A DNA stretch of 30,706 nt, taken from contig JAVCBY010000027.1 in the NCBI GenBank assembly GCA_037917625.1, forward strand, positions 1 through 30,706, written 5' to 3'. Below are positions 27,690-30,706 of the stretch, in pieces. The notes below the pieces were generated by a model. The model was given only the letters and a program-made list of their open reading frames with translations. It was not told the origin of the DNA and made no database searches. The DNA comes from Thermoproteota archaeon (GTDB lineage: Archaea; Korarchaeota; Korarchaeia; Korarchaeales; Korarchaeaceae). How positions within the stretch are numbered: position 1 is the stretch's first letter; each line of letters starts with the position of its first letter. The position numbers and the translations under genes are program-made.

Positions 27690-28376
27690 TCAGGGCGAGC
27701 CTTGCTCCCAATCCCATCTCTCGGGCTTATTTATCTGGAATCCGCCTTTAAGCTCCGGTTTTGAAGCCAACCTATATGTATAAGTCATCGATATATCGCC
27801 TTTAGCGATGGAGACGTCTCCCCTTAGTATGTAACCTTCCTCAGGATCCACGTAAAGCTTCGTTACTGTGGAGACGTTCCTCAGCGGGTAGTCCATCGTA
27901 ACGTTCGTGTAATTATAAGCAGTTCCAGTCCCCCAAGGCATCTCCAATTGAACTAATCCTTCATTCACCATTAGGACCGTTAAGTTCTCGTAGAGGAGGG
28001 ATGGGAGGTTTATGGATGAGACACCGATGAGCTCCTTAGGAAATGCTATCATATGGAAGAAAATTTTCCCGCAATCCGCCTCAGATGTATAATTTAATAT
28101 ACATATCTCATAGTCCGGCCAGGAGAAATTCCTTATTATGAAGGATTGTACTGTCTTATTTACTGGCGAGGTCATGTTCCCGTAAGTGAGGGTGACGCTC
28201 TCCTCCAAGTTCAGAACTGATCCGTTCCCCAAGGAGAAAGTGAGCTTATTTGTTGAGGAATAAGCTTCCTGGAAGCTCCTATTCCCAGGAGTGCCTTTGC
28301 TCAATCCACTCATTAATATTATCGTTATTATCGCTACTACTAGCGCTGCAATTATCACTAATCCAACTCTTCTCAT
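27690..28376 (-). CDS. Membrane-anchored extracellular protein, predicted heavily N-glycosylated
   Basis: N-terminal basic+hydrophobic anchor, 10 N-X-S/T sequons, GGAGG SD. Confidence 0.8.
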   Translation of the reverse strand: MRRVGLVIIAALVVAIITIILMSGLSKGTPGNRSFQEAYSSTNKLTFSLGNGSVLNLEESVTLTYGNMTSPVNKTVQSFIIRNFSWPDYEICILNYTSEADCGKIFFHMIAFPKELIGVSSINLPSLLYENLTVLMVNEGLVQLEMPWGTGTAYNYTNVTMDYPLRNVSTVTKLYVDPEEGYILRGDVSIAKGDISMTYTYRLASKPELKGGFQINKPERWDWEQGSP

Positions 28377-28443
28377 AGCGCATCCTCCCGAGGACCGCTC
28401 AACCTTAATAAACGTTCCTGAAGGTCCTATGGGGATCCTTCCG

Positions 28444-28456
28444 TAAAAAATTGGGG
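28444..28456 (-). terminator. Oligo-T terminator CCCCAATTTTTTA
   Basis: Immediately after the stop at 28459, identical to 1824-1836. Confidence 0.55.
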
Positions 28457-28458
28457 AT

Positions 28459-29727
28459 TTAGAAAACGAATTTCTCAGGTTCCAGAGATCTACCGATCAC
28501 TTCTAACCTATCCGTCGGTATCCTTTCCCCTCCGAATAGTTCAACTTCCTTCTTACCTTGAACTAGTGCTGCTGCTATCCTCCCTATAGCATCCCCCTTC
28601 ATTATCCCGCTACCACTGTCGCCCGTGGCCACTACCATATTGGACCTCTTGAAGACGACGGGATTGTGATCCACGGAGTTTATCATGTAGAGGCCAGCCC
28701 ACATGTTGTCCACTCTCGCCCCCTCCAGTTGCGGGAAGTACTTCACAACGATAGGATAGATGTTATCATAGTAGAAGGACTCCTCTGGCTCATCGTCCGT
28801 TGAATAAGGCCTCATTTCATCTGAGAAAGCAAGCCAAAGTGTTCCATCCCTCTTATCTGCCCTTATATAATGCTCAGTCGGGAGTATCGTGAAGGGCAGG
28901 ACCCCCTCCTCATTGAAGTTGGGATTGTATAGGAGAGCCCTCTGCTCCTCAGTCCTGGGCCTCACCGTGAACATCTGCCTCTTCTTAGGCTTAGATATGC
29001 AATCTATCCCCAGGGGATCTAGTAAAAGGTGAGACCATCCGCCGGCAGCTAAAACTAAATTTTTCGCCTTCAAAATCCCTTTATTCGTATCAACTCCAGA
29101 GAACTTAACTTTCTGCCAAGCCCTAGGCTCCCTAGGTATTCCGAGTCTCACCTCAGGCTCGACTATCACCCTCTCGACCTTCGTATTGAACTGGAAATTA
29201 CCTCCCATCTCCCTTATCCTATCCCTGTAGTAGTAAGCGAGCTTATCAGCGTCCATATAACCGCACTTGAAACCGAAGATGCCATAATCCACATTCATTA
29301 TGTTGAGTAGCTCAGCCTCCTCATCCCCCGAGAAGTCATAATTCATCCCAAGCTTTTCCATAAGCTCCTCCCTCCTGTATATCCTGGCGGCCCCCATTTT
29401 CTCCAGAATCTTAGCTACCTCAGATATCCTCTCGAACTGTTCCTTGCTCCTGAGCACCAAGTAACCCACTTTCATTATCCCTAGATCATGACCTTCCTCT
29501 TGAACATGGAGGAAGAAATCTACTGAAGTTCCCGCGAGCAATCTATTCGTCTGGGATGTGAATAAGTTAGCCCTAAAAGCAGCAGCACTCTTAGCAGTAG
29601 CTCCCTGACCGACATCTCCCATCTTATCAACTATGAGAACGCTCTTCCCTGGATTCTCCCTCAGATAATGGTAAGCAGTCGCCAGACCGAAGATTCCCGC
29701 CCCAACTACTAGGAGATCCGCCTCCAA
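28459..29727 (-). CDS. FAD-dependent oxidoreductase, DAO / sarcosine-oxidase-beta / proline dehydrogenase family
   Basis: GAGIFG Rossmann motif, GATAKSAA, AAGGWS, WAGLY and GDSGSGIMK. Confidence 0.9.
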   Translation of the reverse strand: MEADLLVVGAGIFGLATAYHYLRENPGKSVLIVDKMGDVGQGATAKSAAAFRANLFTSQTNRLLAGTSVDFFLHVQEEGHDLGIMKVGYLVLRSKEQFERISEVAKILEKMGAARIYRREELMEKLGMNYDFSGDEEAELLNIMNVDYGIFGFKCGYMDADKLAYYYRDRIREMGGNFQFNTKVERVIVEPEVRLGIPREPRAWQKVKFSGVDTNKGILKAKNLVLAAGGWSHLLLDPLGIDCISKPKKRQMFTVRPRTEEQRALLYNPNFNEEGVLPFTILPTEHYIRADKRDGTLWLAFSDEMRPYSTDDEPEESFYYDNIYPIVVKYFPQLEGARVDNMWAGLYMINSVDHNPVVFKRSNMVVATGDSGSGIMKGDAIGRIAAALVQGKKEVELFGGERIPTDRLEVIGRSLEPEKFVF

Positions 29728-29779
29728 AATACCACCGAAATTTCATGACCGTAAATATTAAAAATTTTGTTGGATAGGA

Positions 29780-30625
29780 GTGGAGGTGTTGAAGTTGGTC
29801 GTTAGGGAGAGCTTCCCACTGCTTCCACCATACGTGCCTCCCTTAATGTATGCTATCTTAATTCCTATAACTATAGTATTTTTGTATGGAATTTACAGAG
29901 TGATCTCGAGATTTGAGCTCATGGAGGCCCTGAGATCTCTGAATCTCAGCTCCCTATCGAGGGGAGTTAAAAGGGTAATAAGCCAGAGAAGAGTTATTGA
30001 AAGGGCTAAGGGCTTTCCTCACCTCTTCCTCTTCCTTGGAACCCTTATACTATTCTTGGGGACTGTGACGGTGTTCTTGGAGACTGATATACTGAGGCAC
30101 TTGGATGTGTTCATACTGAAGGACGCGACATACTTTGCCTTCGAATTAATCATGGATTTATTTGGATTGATCCTCATTCTTGGGATAATTTTACTATTCC
30201 CGACGAGGGAGAGGGAGGGGAAGCTCCTCCTCCTAAGTCTGCTCTACGTAGGGCTCACTGGATTCTTAATAGAGGCCATAAGGATCCATAACATGCCAAA
30301 TGAAGCATCTACCTACTCCTTCATCGGAAATATATTATCGAGTTATGTTGGATCGCTTACAGATATTTATCAATTTCTGTGGTGGAGTCATGCCTTAGTA
30401 GCTTTCCTCATGATAGCTTATCTACCTTACAGCAACCTCCTCCACTCACTCACAGCAATAGTGACGTCCTCCCTAGAGGGGGATGAACCGGAGTTTCCCA
30501 AGGAGCCGTTCCTCCTCCAAGAGATCGAGGATCTGGAGAGTATAAGGATAGGATTTGAGGATCCGAAGGAACTACCCTGGTATGAGAAGTACAGGCTCTC
30601 TGCATGCGTGAAATGTGGGAGATAG
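29780..30625 (+). CDS. Membrane Fe-S oxidoreductase (NarI-like cytochrome b domain + HdrD/FadF-type), truncated at a chimeric junction
   Basis: TM helices with His ligands (FPHLF, WWSH, YSNLLH). The ORF ends within the ferredoxin motif CVKCGR* exactly where an inverted duplicate begins. Confidence 0.8.
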   Translation: MEVLKLVVRESFPLLPPYVPPLMYAILIPITIVFLYGIYRVISRFELMEALRSLNLSSLSRGVKRVISQRRVIERAKGFPHLFLFLGTLILFLGTVTVFLETDILRHLDVFILKDATYFAFELIMDLFGLILILGIILLFPTREREGKLLLLSLLYVGLTGFLIEAIRIHNMPNEASTYSFIGNILSSYVGSLTDIYQFLWWSHALVAFLMIAYLPYSNLLHSLTAIVTSSLEGDEPEFPKEPFLLQEIEDLESIRIGFEDPKELPWYEKYRLSACVKCGR

Positions 30626-30706
30626 TGATGATGAGGCAGCAAAAATAGCTTCTAGGGTAAGAAGGACAATTCCAGTGCTACCTGGAGTTAAAGTAGTGAT
30701 AATACC
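30623..30706 (-). repeat. 84-bp inverted copy of 27437-27520
   Basis: Reverse-complement identity. It translates SDDEAAKIASRVRRTIPVLPGVKVVII as in the 27013-27588 protein. Confidence 0.95.

Overview
Gene-dense archaeal chromosomal window. GGAGG/GGTGA Shine-Dalgarno sites, TATA boxes about 20-25 nt before leaderless starts, AGG/ATA-rich codons and the gene content suggest a hyperthermophile, plausibly a Korarchaeum-like lineage (inference only). It encodes a frameshifted FAH-family hydrolase, a ferritin-VIT1/CCC1 iron protein, a V4R-wHTH regulator, an IPCT/DIPPS fusion with an extra membrane domain, a Zn/Mn-type ABC transporter with a NikR-like regulator, a dual-specificity phosphatase, a 2-hydroxyacid dehydrogenase, XerA, a B12 radical SAM enzyme, archaeal asparagine synthetase, a degenerate GltB-like FMN domain, argG, argH, elp3, an FAD oxidoreductase and two pseudogenes missed or only partly caught by the ORF track. 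The most notable find is an unannotated 13-residue ORF (MSGPIIPPGPPIG, 13913-13954) with a perfect GAGGTGA Shine-Dalgarno site and a T-tract terminator. It lies between two divergent, large HTH proteins with unusual N-terminal domains, making it a candidate peptide-signalling or polyproline leader-peptide regulatory system. The last 84 bp are an inverted copy of 27437-27520 (a likely chimera), there is a perfect 2x92 bp tandem repeat, and several homopolymer frameshifts may be sequencing errors. No tRNA, rRNA, CRISPR array or IS element was recognised.
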